64,000 nucleotides of DNA from Blastocatellia bacterium (GCA_003487805.1 DNNE01000065.1:56349-120348); one strand, 5' to 3'; numbered from the stretch's first letter, positions 34,353 to 43,744 are shown. The notes: a model not told the origin generated them from the letters alone. Numbers and translations: made by a program.

Positions 34353-35372
34353 TCACTTATAGCCAATAACCACACGCTCGATCGTCGGTGGCAGATCGTG
34401 CATCTCGCTGCGTGTGAAGCCGGCGTTCTGAAACATTCGCTCGAGCTCGGCGAACGTGTACGCGTCGCCACTGGGCGTGCCGCCGAGCATTTGCATGCTG
34501 AAGGCGGCGGCTTGCGGCGGCGTCACCCGATCGTCGTTCGGAACGAATTCAAGCGCGACTGCGCGACCGCCATCCGCTAATGACGCGTGAACTTTTCGCA
34601 GCAACGTCTCGCACGTCTCTTTGTCGAAGTGATGCAGGAAATTCGTCAGCAGCACGAGATCGTAGCCAGTTCCATAATCAACATCGAACGCGCTGCCGGG
34701 TTTCGTGTGATAACGATCTGAAACGCCGGCGCCCTGCGCATTTTCTTTGGCGACATCGAGCACCTTCGGCCAATCGAGCGCGGTGACTTCAACCTGCGGA
34801 TTCTGCCTGGCGAAAGCAATGCCGTACAGACCGTGACCCGCGGCAATGTCGAGCACGCGCAGGTTCTTGTCTTTCGTCTGATCGACTAGTTGGGCCATCA
34901 ACTGCGCCGGGAGCGCCATCATCGGCGCCATGGCGCGCGCAAAGTCTTCCCATATCGGATTTTCAGGCTCGACCGACGAGGTGCCGACGGAGCCGCCGTT
35001 GCGAACCGCCTCAGTCAGTCGATCAAAGTTGCCCATGACGTTAGGCGATAAGATGAATCCGGTGACCGTGCCCATGTAGGCGGGCGACCGTTTGTCGAGA
35101 AACATCGCCGAGTCCGCGGTCAATTCGTAATTGTTTCCCTGCTTGGTTAAGAAACCGATGATGGTGAGAAAGTCGCAGAGGATGCGCGTGCCGCGTTCGG
35201 ATGCGCCGCACCTTTCGGCGATCGCTTTCGCGGTCGTGTTGCCTTCACCGATCGCGGTGAACACTTCGAGTTCGATTCCGGTCTTGATTGCCTGGGTTCG
35301 TTGATACGCATTGAAAGTGTCGAATAATAACGCCGGCGTCGGCTGTTTTCCGGTCTGAGCTTCTGGAGCCAT
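34353..35372 (-). CDS. class I SAM-dependent O-methyltransferase (Methyltransf_2 / COMT-CrtF-like, with N-terminal dimerisation/wHTH domain)
   Basis: N-terminal ...AIKTGIELEVFTAI...AKAIAERCG. SAM motif LDIAAGHGLYGIAFA, and DLVLLTNFLHHF. Length 339 aa. Confidence 0.85.
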   Translation of the reverse strand: MAPEAQTGKQPTPALLFDTFNAYQRTQAIKTGIELEVFTAIGEGNTTAKAIAERCGASERGTRILCDFLTIIGFLTKQGNNYELTADSAMFLDKRSPAYMGTVTGFILSPNVMGNFDRLTEAVRNGGSVGTSSVEPENPIWEDFARAMAPMMALPAQLMAQLVDQTKDKNLRVLDIAAGHGLYGIAFARQNPQVEVTALDWPKVLDVAKENAQGAGVSDRYHTKPGSAFDVDYGTGYDLVLLTNFLHHFDKETCETLLRKVHASLADGGRAVALEFVPNDDRVTPPQAAAFSMQMLGGTPSGDAYTFAELERMFQNAGFTRSEMHDLPPTIERVVIGYK

Positions 35373-35464
35373 GAGTATTTCCTTTCGATGGTGAATTAAG
35401 TTTTTGGGGAAGCGAAAGCCTACTAGAAGAGATGAGGAAAAGTCTAACCACGATTGGAGCCGAT

Positions 35465-35557
35465 GTGTCAGAACCCCGAGCGGTAGCGAGGTGGATCAAC
35501 CGCTCAACGTTGAATAAGTGATCCGGTCGCTACCGCTACCGCTCCCGGTTCTGACAC
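35465..35557. repeat. 93-bp imperfect palindrome, same family as 27922-28014
   Basis: GTGTCAGAACCCCGAGCGGTAGCGAGGTGGATCA ... TGATCCGGTCGCTACCGCTACCGCTCCCGGTTCTGACAC. Confidence 0.8.
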
Positions 35558-36159
35558 TAGTTCAGTTTTAGCGAAACCGGTTGGGCCAATCCTTCAATGG
35601 TGAGCGTGAGGGTTTTTGGCGACGACACTGGATCTTTTTTCGCCGACAGGAAAATCAACAATCCGTGACGCTTACCTTCGGCATGTGTAACCGGGTCCTT
35701 CAAATTAAACTCATAAGCGCGAAATTCCTTTTCGAAGGTCTTGCGTGAATTTGGATTGTAAGCAAAGACACCGTTCGCTTTCAGGATGCGCGAGATTGCC
35801 TGCTTCGCTGAGATTAATTTCCATTCGGTATTTGCTTCGTCGTGCAAACGAAACTTCAGTTTCCTGATCTCAACCGCATCACCACTGTTGTGAGCAATCT
35901 CGAGTCGCACGGGCAGCAGGCCCGCCAACTGCAGATTCGATTCAAACAGCTCTTGCGTCGCTTCGTCGGTCAATAACGGCGCCGCCCGAAACGAAAGCGA
36001 GCCGACGTTTGCGCTCGCCGCCGAGGCAGGCATCGCCGGTATTTCGCTGACGGGTTTTACTTTGAAGAGAGAACCGTTGCAGGAGGCGTTCAGGAGCGCG
36101 AGCACGCAGACGCCGAGCCGGGTTGCGGCTCTCGAAATCGGCAACGTCGTGCGGATCAT
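35557..36159 (-). CDS. putative lipoprotein, hypothetical
   Basis: Signal with ...VLALLNASC (atypical lipobox). Sits 10 nt downstream of the radical SAM gene and is probably co-transcribed with it. Confidence 0.6.
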   Translation of the reverse strand: MIRTTLPISRAATRLGVCVLALLNASCNGSLFKVKPVSEIPAMPASAASANVGSLSFRAAPLLTDEATQELFESNLQLAGLLPVRLEIAHNSGDAVEIRKLKFRLHDEANTEWKLISAKQAISRILKANGVFAYNPNSRKTFEKEFRAYEFNLKDPVTHAEGKRHGLLIFLSAKKDPVSSPKTLTLTIEGLAQPVSLKLN

Positions 36160-36169
36160 CTTGATTGAA

Positions 36170-37909
36170 TTAGCTGGCGATTTGAATCGGTTCGGCGGTT
36201 GCGGCCATGCTCGATCCGAGTTGATGAAGCTGGGTCGCGTCGACCATGTTCAGGCCCTGATCGCGCACCGTCTTAAATCCTGGAAGAATTTCATCGACCG
36301 GCGCATGCATCACGCCCTTGCTGCGTTTGTATCCGGTGTAATCAAGGTAGAGATGCTTGCGCATGAAGCGATCGGGCACGCCGGCAAATCGGTACAGCGG
36401 ATACTTGATACCGTTGCCGAAGAGTTTGCGACCGAGCATGTAGTAGTAGATCGGCACGCCAAGAGAGAACTTCATGTTTGCGGTACCTCCGCCGTGCCAG
36501 AAGTGCAGGTTGTATTTCCAGCAAGTGTAGAAAAATTCCCATTGCAAATCGGTCATCTCGATCAGCTTGGCGCTGTCCTTCTGCTGCATGCGCGTGTTCT
36601 CGAGCGGAACGAAGAAAGTGGGAACGAAGGTGCCCTTGGCATCGCGCAAATCGTAAAGCAGGTTAAGGGATTCTTTCGTGTCTGCGTCAGTCTCGCCCGG
36701 TAAGCCAATGATGAAAGTGCAGAACGGAAACCAATTGTGCTTGTTCAGGGTTTCCATTCCTTTCAGAACCACGTCGCGCCATTGGCCAGCCTTGTAAGGA
36801 TAAGCCTTACCCTTCATGAAAATGTCGAAGAGGCGCGAGCTGCCCGTCTCTAAACCAATGATCGGATCGGTCATGCGCTGATCGGGATCGGTGGATTCCT
36901 TGTGCTGCACGTGCGAGAAGGGAACGATGAGCGGGGTCAATCGCTCGACGATCGTCGGATCTTTTACGACCGGCGCCATGGTGATGTGCGACATCTGCAG
37001 CGTCTCGATGCCGGGAACGCTCTTCACCCCGCGCAGCATCGTCTCCAGCGCGGTAGTGTTGGTCTCGAAATTCGAGGCTTGCTCATAGAGGAACATGTCC
37101 TCAGTCGCCAGCATGATTTCAGTCGCGCCCTCGCGCGCATTGACGTGCACACTCTCCATGATGTGCTCGAGCGGAAACGAGCGGCCAACTTTGGTGGCAG
37201 GTCCGCAGAACTGGCAGCCGCGCCCGCAGCCGCGCGTGATCTCGACCACGCCGAAGGTCGAACGGTGTTTGACGACTGGAATCTCTTCGACAGTCGGCTG
37301 CATGCTCTTCGGAACTTTGATGATGCGTTCGAGCGTGGGATCACCGGCCATCATGCGCTTGAATAGATCGCTAAAGACGCGCTCGATCTCGCCGTCAATC
37401 AGGTAATCGACATTGAACTCGTCGAGGCGTTCGGCGCGCTCAAGTTGCCATGCGCCGGGACCGCCGATGACGATCTTCGGTCGATACTTCTTGATCACCG
37501 GGTGCGTTACGATTTTTAGAAACTCGGCCGCATTCAAGGGAATCAGGTTCTTGCCGGCGATCTTTGAATAGACATCCGTCGCATAAGAAATGCCCAGCGG
37601 ATTGTGAGCGTGAATCGCGACGACCTTCGTTTCCGGACCGATGAACTTCTCTAAATTTTCAAGATAGCAAACGACTACGTCTTCCTCCGGGTAATCGCGC
37701 AACAACAGAGTCTCGACCATGCGCAATCCGTTGGGGACATATTTCGCGCGACCATCCGGCCAGGACTCGTTCATTAAAGACTCTGGACTTATCCATTTGT
37801 GTCCGAATTTGGCGGGAATAGTTGCCGACAGCATCTGTTGCCAAATGCTGTGACGCCATTCACTCGCTTCGCTGCAAGAAGCTGTCAGAACGATCTTTGG
37901 TGATCCCAA
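36170..37909 (-). CDS. radical SAM enzyme with N-terminal B12-binding-like (Rossmann) domain, 579 aa
   Basis: TTG start preceded by AAGGGGG. CxxxCxxC cluster ITRGCGRGCQFCGP after a ~230-aa N-terminal domain (VVAIHAHNP...IVIGGPGA). Long C-terminal extension. Confidence 0.85.
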   Translation of the reverse strand: MGSPKIVLTASCSEASEWRHSIWQQMLSATIPAKFGHKWISPESLMNESWPDGRAKYVPNGLRMVETLLLRDYPEEDVVVCYLENLEKFIGPETKVVAIHAHNPLGISYATDVYSKIAGKNLIPLNAAEFLKIVTHPVIKKYRPKIVIGGPGAWQLERAERLDEFNVDYLIDGEIERVFSDLFKRMMAGDPTLERIIKVPKSMQPTVEEIPVVKHRSTFGVVEITRGCGRGCQFCGPATKVGRSFPLEHIMESVHVNAREGATEIMLATEDMFLYEQASNFETNTTALETMLRGVKSVPGIETLQMSHITMAPVVKDPTIVERLTPLIVPFSHVQHKESTDPDQRMTDPIIGLETGSSRLFDIFMKGKAYPYKAGQWRDVVLKGMETLNKHNWFPFCTFIIGLPGETDADTKESLNLLYDLRDAKGTFVPTFFVPLENTRMQQKDSAKLIEMTDLQWEFFYTCWKYNLHFWHGGGTANMKFSLGVPIYYYMLGRKLFGNGIKYPLYRFAGVPDRFMRKHLYLDYTGYKRSKGVMHAPVDEILPGFKTVRDQGLNMVDATQLHQLGSSMAATAEPIQIAS

Positions 37910-38172
37910 CGGGAGCCCCCTTTAAGTCAGGGAATGAAGACAGTTACTATAACGCGGCGGATTCTAGCACCTGCCGCTTGCCGTGCCAAGCAGAATGTCT
38001 GAAGTCTCCTGGTCCGGTCTGGCCGCTCGGCAAGAATGTCTTGCCCTTTAGCGACCCGGGTACGGGCGCGTCAAGTCAAACTGAGCCTATCCTCGGGATG
38101 TCACCTATGTACCCTATCGCTCTGGTGTGGTATAGTCCGCAAACTCGACAGCGCGAAGCTCTGAAGCGCGTG

Positions 38173-38210
38173 GCGACTGACATCATCCTCGTGTCAGTCA
38201 GCAGTTTTTT
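38173..38210 (+). terminator. intrinsic-terminator-like hairpin inside the 5' leader of the 38260 radical SAM gene (candidate attenuator)
   Basis: GCGACTGACA-TCATCCTCG-TGTCAGTCAGC (10 bp, one bulge), then AG and TTTTTT, ending 50 nt before the ATG. There is no upstream plus-strand gene for it to terminate. Confidence 0.5.
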
Positions 38211-38259
38211 CAATTCCAGCGGGGCGGCGATAACGCCTGAGTGAGAGTTCGCGACACTT

Positions 38260-39804
38260 ATGAAGATTCTTTTATACAATCCGGACAACGGCGTGACTCG
38301 CAATTTCATGCCGCATTTGTGGATGTTTTTGCTGAAAGCGCTCACTCCTCCGGAACATGAAGTGCTGCTGATTGACGGTAATGCAAAGCCTCTGAATGAC
38401 GAGGAACTAATCCAGTACATCAAGCAGGAAAACATCGGCCTGGTAGGCATCGGCGCGATGACGCGCATGGTCGCCAAAGCCTATCGAGTGGCGGACGTAA
38501 TCCGCGCCGCCGGCGTTCCGGTGGTGATGGGTGGACCACACGTAACTGAACTGCCGGATGAAGCGCTGGGCCGCGATGGCGGACCGCGACACTGTGATGC
38601 CGTGGCTCTGGGCGAAGCGGACGAGACCTGGCCGCTAATTGTCGAAGATGCGGTGCGTGGTCAGCTCAAAGAAATTTATAAACCCGTTGATGAGGCCGGA
38701 AAGGAACGAAAGCCGGCGCTGCAGCCATATCCGACCATTCCCTGGGAAGACATGGAGCTCGATCAGTTCGACATGATTCCCAACTTCTTCCGTCCGCTGC
38801 TTAAGCGTTACGGCGCGGGCTGGCGTTCGGTTCAGCTGATTCCGATCGAATCCGGCCGAGGTTGCCCCTACGGTTGTGAGTTCTGCACAGTCACCGGTTT
38901 CTTTGGCGATTCGATTCGCTTTCGGAGTAATGAAAGCATCGTCGAGGAATTGCTGCGTTTGAAGCGGCGCGCGCGAAAAGCGCATGGCCAGGTGATGGTG
39001 TTCTTCATTGACGACAATTTCGCCATCAACATCAAGCGCACAAAGTCACTGCTGCGCGACATGATCGCGGCGAACGCGCAATTGCCGTGGCTCGCGCAGA
39101 TCAGCGCGAATCTCTTGCGCGATGAAGAGCTGGTCGATTTGATGGCCGAGTCCGGATGTCGTTGGGTGTTCATCGGAATGGAATCGATCGATCCGGTGAA
39201 CCTTGCGGACGTCGCCAAGAGCTTCAACAAGCCGAACGAATACGCGCCGGTGCTCAATCGGTTGGCGCAACGTGGCATCTACGCAGTGACGTCTTTCATT
39301 TTTGGTTTGGACAATGACACGGCGGGTGTCGCCGATCGCACTCTCGAACAAATTGAGTCTTGGCCCGCCGGACTTCCCGTCTTCGGTCAGCTCACGCCGT
39401 TTCCGTCAACTCCGTTGTACGAGCGTCTGAAGAAAGATGGAAGACTGACGCGACCGAAACACTGGCTTGAGTTTGCGCCTTATCAAATGGCGAATACGCC
39501 TTTGAAGATGACCATTCCGCAAACGCAGGAGGAGCTCACCAAGGCCTGGCTGGTTTCCTATAGTACAGAGAGAACTGAGCGCGCGATGGAATCGTTGCGT
39601 GATAAGCCGATTCACGATCGCGTGATGCACCTGACAATGCGCATCCTCTTTCGGGGCATTTATTTTCCGCAACTGAACAAGCGGGCGTGGTTCAAAGTGA
39701 TCTTTAATAATCGCCGCCCGATTTTCAAGCTGGTACGCGAAGGTTTTGGAATTTGGCGAGCATCGCGTCGAAGGGCTTCAGTCATTTCGCCCGTAACTGG
39801 CTAA
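38260..39804 (+). CDS. B12-binding domain-containing radical SAM enzyme (class B-like), 514 aa
   Basis: N-terminal MKILLYNPDN...VGIGAMT...VVMGGPHVT (B12-binding-like fold). Cluster ESGRGCPYGCEFCTV. Radical SAM core follows. Confidence 0.85.
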   Translation: MKILLYNPDNGVTRNFMPHLWMFLLKALTPPEHEVLLIDGNAKPLNDEELIQYIKQENIGLVGIGAMTRMVAKAYRVADVIRAAGVPVVMGGPHVTELPDEALGRDGGPRHCDAVALGEADETWPLIVEDAVRGQLKEIYKPVDEAGKERKPALQPYPTIPWEDMELDQFDMIPNFFRPLLKRYGAGWRSVQLIPIESGRGCPYGCEFCTVTGFFGDSIRFRSNESIVEELLRLKRRARKAHGQVMVFFIDDNFAINIKRTKSLLRDMIAANAQLPWLAQISANLLRDEELVDLMAESGCRWVFIGMESIDPVNLADVAKSFNKPNEYAPVLNRLAQRGIYAVTSFIFGLDNDTAGVADRTLEQIESWPAGLPVFGQLTPFPSTPLYERLKKDGRLTRPKHWLEFAPYQMANTPLKMTIPQTQEELTKAWLVSYSTERTERAMESLRDKPIHDRVMHLTMRILFRGIYFPQLNKRAWFKVIFNNRRPIFKLVREGFGIWRASRRRASVISPVTG

Positions 39805-39816
39805 ATCCGCCGGTCT

Positions 39817-40710
39817 TCATTTCTTTTGCAATACTATCGTTCGCGGGATCTGTTGAAGGTCGTTTCGTATCTCAATCAGTTTCCAAACCTCCCGATCTAC
39901 TAAATCGCGAATCGCCACATCCTGATTGATCCCGAACTCAAAAACTAAATAACCGGCGGGCCTGAGATGGCCTGGCGCATCGAGGAGCAAGCGGCGGATT
40001 AGGGCCAGCCCATCACTGCCGCCGGCGAGCGCCGCCCGCGGTTCGCGCTGCACTTCGCGCTGAAGAGTTTTCATCTCGTCATCAGAAACGTAAGGCGGGT
40101 TGGAAACGATTAGATCGAGCGTCTCGTTGACAGAGATTGCGTCGAAAAAATCAGATTGAACCAGGCGTAATCGATTTGCGACGCGATGTCGTTCGGCATT
40201 TCGTTGGGCGATCCGCAGGGCCTGCTCCGAAATGTCGATGGCGATCGCGCGCGCTTCGCGACACTCGTTTAGGATTGAAACCGCGAGACATCCTGATCCT
40301 GTGCCTATGTCGGCGAACGCGAACTCCGCGTTGGCGTCAACAAGTTCCAGTGCTGCTTCTACGATCAGCTCGGTTTCGGGGCGGGGAATCAAGACATCCG
40401 GCGTGACTTCGAAGTCGAGTTTAAAAAACTCCTGGTGACCGGTGATGTATTGCAGCGGTTCGCCCTGCACACGCCGAGCTATGAATTCTTCAAACTGCTT
40501 TAGTTGATGTTCGGCAATCGTAGCTTCAGGATGCGCGACGAGAAATGCGCGGTCGCGGCCGATTACGTGACTCATAAGCACGCCGGCATCGAGTCGCGGC
40601 TCGCTTATGTTCGCGTCGAGCCTCCGGGCAGCTTCGCTTAGGGCAGTGCCGACTGAAGCGGACATCTTGTGATCTGATTCTGCTTTCTCTTCGTTATTGA
40701 TCGCAATCAC
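39817..40710 (-). CDS. prmC: peptide chain release factor N5-glutamine methyltransferase
   Basis: ...PLQYITGHQEFFKLDFEVTPDVLIPRPETE...DIGTGSGCLAVS...IVSNPPY. The start is uncertain (GTG 40710 or ATG 40665). Confidence 0.85.
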   Translation of the reverse strand: MIAINNEEKAESDHKMSASVGTALSEAARRLDANISEPRLDAGVLMSHVIGRDRAFLVAHPEATIAEHQLKQFEEFIARRVQGEPLQYITGHQEFFKLDFEVTPDVLIPRPETELIVEAALELVDANAEFAFADIGTGSGCLAVSILNECREARAIAIDISEQALRIAQRNAERHRVANRLRLVQSDFFDAISVNETLDLIVSNPPYVSDDEMKTLQREVQREPRAALAGGSDGLALIRRLLLDAPGHLRPAGYLVFEFGINQDVAIRDLVDREVWKLIEIRNDLQQIPRTIVLQKK

Positions 40711-40789
40711 ATTCTATATTACGCTGCGCGTTGAATCGTCAGGTGAATCGCTGGATGAGTCGTTATTGGTCGCGCAATTCGGACCTGTG

Positions 40790-40941
40790 GGGATTGCGGA
40801 TCGCTCAACGCAATCCCGATTTATCGGGATTGCGCTCGGGCATTCAGCGGAAGGCAAGCGCGATTGCGACTTTACTTTGGGTAGCACGAAACGAGTCTCG
40901 TTTCTCCCGTACGGACGGCGGAGCCCCGACTTTAGTCGGGG
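40790..40941. repeat. cluster of short GC hairpins
   Basis: GGGATTGCG/CGCAATCCC occurs three times (40790-40839), forming alternative hairpins. Also GAAACGAGTCTCGTTTC (40888-40904) and CCCCGACTTTAGTCGGGG (40924-40941). Confidence 0.75.
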
Positions 40942-41004
40942 TTTCGCAAGTTCAAGGGCAAAGCTCTGAAAACTTTTTGAACGAAGGAAGACCACTTCTA
41001 AAAA

Positions 41005-41373
41005 ATGGGCGCCCTGTCAAAAAGCCTTGTTCTATTTGCGCTGAATTGGATTGACGCGCAGTTAACTCTTATTTGGGTTCGCGCGGACATCGCCAGCGAG
41101 GGCAATGGATTGATGAGCGCACTGCTCAGGATTGGGGATGCTCCTTTCCTGCTGGTGAAACTCGCCATTGGTGCTTTTGCCGCTTACACCCTCTATAAAT
41201 GCTCGCATTTGCCGCTGGCGCGACGCGGTATGCAGCTGGTCCTGATGATCTACTGCGCGCTGATGATTGCTCACGCGGCGACGGGGTTGTCGGCGCTGGG
41301 CTGGCACACTCCGCTCGCATTTATTACTTACATTACTAACGTTCCGCATACCCTGCTGACGCTTTTCTCGTAA
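41005..41373 (+). CDS. DUF5658-like small membrane protein
   Basis: 122 aa with 4 TM-like segments. N-terminal ALNWIDAQLTLIWV...EGNGLMSALL resembles DUF5658. Confidence 0.5.
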   Translation: MGALSKSLVLFALNWIDAQLTLIWVRADIASEGNGLMSALLRIGDAPFLLVKLAIGAFAAYTLYKCSHLPLARRGMQLVLMIYCALMIAHAATGLSALGWHTPLAFITYITNVPHTLLTLFS

Positions 41374-41391
41374 CATCTCTTAACAATCAAA

Positions 41392-41485
41392 GACTGGAGC
41401 GCAAGCGTCCCGCTTGCGGGAATTGATTTGCGAGCAAAGTCACGACGATATCGTACCTTGCAAGCGAGACGCTTGCGCTCCAGTC
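41392..41485. repeat. 94-bp palindrome with perfect 18-nt arms GACTGGAGCGCAAGCGTC
   Basis: Left arm 41392-41409. Right arm GACGCTTGCGCTCCAGTC at 41468-41485. Inner GCTTGC/GCAAGC sub-hairpins. Confidence 0.85.
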
Positions 41486-41640
41486 CCAGAGCGCCGGCTG
41501 GTACCACTTTCGAAAACATTTTGGAACTCTTGCGTGAGATAGCGGAACCCGGTGGCCTCTCCGCGCGTTTTGCAAATGCGCTTTGCACAACCGTAGACTA
41601 GTGACGCCGCATCTCAGTAGGGGTTAGGAGAATTCGAATT

Positions 41641-42804
41641 ATGTATAAAGTAACAGCACGTCAGATTTTGGTGATTGCGTTCGCTTCGGCGATGTTGGCG
41701 GCCGTCACCGTGCTCGGGGTTCAGGCATTATCCGGCCATTTTCAACCGTTCAGTTCGGCGGCGGTCTCGCCGGCGGCAAGCGTAGCCGACCCGTCATTGG
41801 CAACCGATGAGCAGAACAATATCGATGTCTATAAGGCATCCGCTCCCGGAGTCGTCTACATTCAGTCGACGACGACGGTCCGCGACATATTCGGCTTGTT
41901 CGCCGACGCGAGAGAAGGCGCGGGCTCGGGATCGATTATCGATGAGCAAGGCGACATTCTTACCAACTATCACGTCATCGCAGATGCGGAAAAGCTAACG
42001 GTCAGTTTCGGCAACGGCAAAAATTATCCAGCCCAGGTCGTGGGGAAAGATCCGGACACGGACCTGGCAGTCATTCGTTTGCTGCAACCGCCGAAAGAGC
42101 CGATGACCGTTGTTCCCCTCGGCGATTCAGACAAACTGATTGTAGGTCAAAAAGTTTTAGCGATTGGAAATCCGTTCGGTCTTGATCGAACCTTGACCAC
42201 CGGTGTCATCAGCGGCTTGCAACGACCGATTCGCGCCGAAAATGGCAGACAGATCGAAGGCGCAATCCAAACAGACGCATCGATCAATCCCGGAAATTCC
42301 GGTGGTCCATTGCTCGATTCACACGGCCGGATGATTGGCATCAACTCGCAGATTGAATCACCGTCGGGGGCGTCCGCGGGCGTGGGATTTGCAATTCCGG
42401 TGAACATCGCGAAACGCATCGTTCCGCAACTGGTGCGAAACGGTTCGGTGCAGCGGCCCGATCTGGGTATCAATCCGCGTGATGTTGAGGCGCTGCGAAG
42501 ACAAGTCGAGTTGCCAGTATCCGACGGGGTATTGATTTGGTCTGTGCGACCGGGCGGACCGGCGGCAAATGCGGGCCTGAAAGGCCTGGCGCGGACCGAC
42601 GATGGGGATATCGAACTGGGCGACATTATCGTAGCGGTTGATGGGCAAAAGATTGCGAACAACGATGATTTGTATCGCTTTCTGGATAAGCACCAAATCA
42701 ACGATACGGTGAACGTCGACGTAATCCGGCGCGGTCGGCATACGACTATTCCGGTGCGCTTGACCGTGACAGCGCCCACGCGGCGTCGCGGGTACGGGGA
42801 ATAA
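41641..42804 (+). CDS. HtrA/DegP-family serine protease with one PDZ domain
   Basis: N-terminal TM. Trypsin-like catalytic motifs (TNYHV, DLAVI, GNSGGPL). PDZ (GVLIWSVRPGGPAANAGLK..GDIIVAVDG). Confidence 0.9.
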   Translation: MYKVTARQILVIAFASAMLAAVTVLGVQALSGHFQPFSSAAVSPAASVADPSLATDEQNNIDVYKASAPGVVYIQSTTTVRDIFGLFADAREGAGSGSIIDEQGDILTNYHVIADAEKLTVSFGNGKNYPAQVVGKDPDTDLAVIRLLQPPKEPMTVVPLGDSDKLIVGQKVLAIGNPFGLDRTLTTGVISGLQRPIRAENGRQIEGAIQTDASINPGNSGGPLLDSHGRMIGINSQIESPSGASAGVGFAIPVNIAKRIVPQLVRNGSVQRPDLGINPRDVEALRRQVELPVSDGVLIWSVRPGGPAANAGLKGLARTDDGDIELGDIIVAVDGQKIANNDDLYRFLDKHQINDTVNVDVIRRGRHTTIPVRLTVTAPTRRRGYGE

Positions 42805-42838
42805 TTTAACTCAACCGGAAAAGGGAAAACGCGCGTCG

Positions 42839-43347
42839 TTAAAAGCGGCGCGCGTTTTGTGTTTTACCGCGCCGAGGCTGTTGACGTTCGAGGTGGGTTC
42901 TCCATTTCTTGATCATTGTGCGTAATACCCGTAGCTGCTGTTCGGTTAGCGGCTCTTGCACGATCATCAGGTGAAGAGCGCTGTCCTCGTAGTTGAATCC
43001 CGGTACCACATGCGTACTTGCCTGCGAATGGCGCAAAGGCGGTTACGTCTCTCTTTGATTAGAAAGTGTAACTCTCGTTCACCTTCGTCCAGCAACACGT
43101 TGTCTATCGCGTGTGTTAATGAAGAGTGTCCGTCACCCGACATGTTCTTGTTGTTTCCGAAAGGCCGACAGTAAGAAATGACCAGCGCGGTTTCAAATGC
43201 TGATCGAATCAGGTTCAACTGTCCAGAAGTCTTCTCGTAAAGCTTCCTCCGAAGCATGTATTGAACAAAACGATCGCATTCTCGAAAGTCACCGCGAAAT
43301 TGTGCGGCGATATTTTCGCATCTCTCCGGGATCGCTTCCGTTATCAC
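42839..43347 (-). pseudogene. hypothetical gene split by a -1 frameshift (possible HEPN-like R-N-x4-H motif at the junction)
   Basis: ORF 42967-43347 ends ...HFLIKERRNRLCAIRRQ.... ORF 42839-43036 in the -1 frame reads LRHSQASTHVVPGFNYEDSALHLMIVQEPLTEQQLRVL.... Both look coding and they overlap by about 70 nt. Confidence 0.4.
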
Positions 43348-43378
43348 TTAATTCCATGCGGGTTCACTCCGGAGTTGG

Positions 43379-43744
43379 TCACTTGAGCCAGTTCGCGATC
43401 TCAAGAGTCTTGATCCGTCGAAAATGCTCCTCATTGTTCGTCACGATTCCGCAGTTCTGCGTTAGCGCGCAAGCAGCAATGAGAATATCCGCATCTCCGA
43501 TCATTTGCCCTCGTTTATACAGGTCCGCGTAGATATCGGCGGCGCGCAACACAACCTCATCCGTGATAGCCAGAATCCTGGTTTTCTCACAGAACACTTC
43601 AAAGCGAGCCATTTGTTTCTCGGCGTCTTTTGCTTTCAGTCCTCGCAGAATTTCGTAACGAGTAATTATAGAGATGGTGAATTGATCATGATCTGCGAGA
43701 TAGGTCTTGGCCCTTGGAAGCACAACACTATTTCCGCGCATCAA
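43379..43744 (-). CDS. vapC: PIN-domain VapC-family toxin (N-terminus problematic)
   Basis: ...RYEILRGL...ILAITDEVVLRAADIYADL...GDADILIAACALTQNCGIVTNNEEHFRRI. The same frame upstream (to 43792) encodes GIILDTDILSSL with the first catalytic Asp, but has no canonical start. Confidence 0.7.
   Translation of the reverse strand: MMRGNSVVLPRAKTYLADHDQFTISIITRYEILRGLKAKDAEKQMARFEVFCEKTRILAITDEVVLRAADIYADLYKRGQMIGDADILIAACALTQNCGIVTNNEEHFRRIKTLEIANWLK

Noticed and set aside
37974-37989. Sigma-54-like TTGGCACGGCAAGCGG on the minus strand, upstream of the 579-aa radical SAM gene.
   Set aside because: The GG element is present, but there is no TTGC/GC at the required 10-nt spacing, and no enhancer-binding protein is nearby.
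37910-38259. Cobalamin riboswitch between the two B12-type radical SAM genes.
   Set aside because: Only fragments resemble it: AGTCAGGGAAT on the plus strand and CCAGGAGAC (B12-box-like) on the minus strand. They are on opposite strands, and the GGTG..TCC and GCCACTG core elements are missing. An unknown leader structure is kept as a finding instead.
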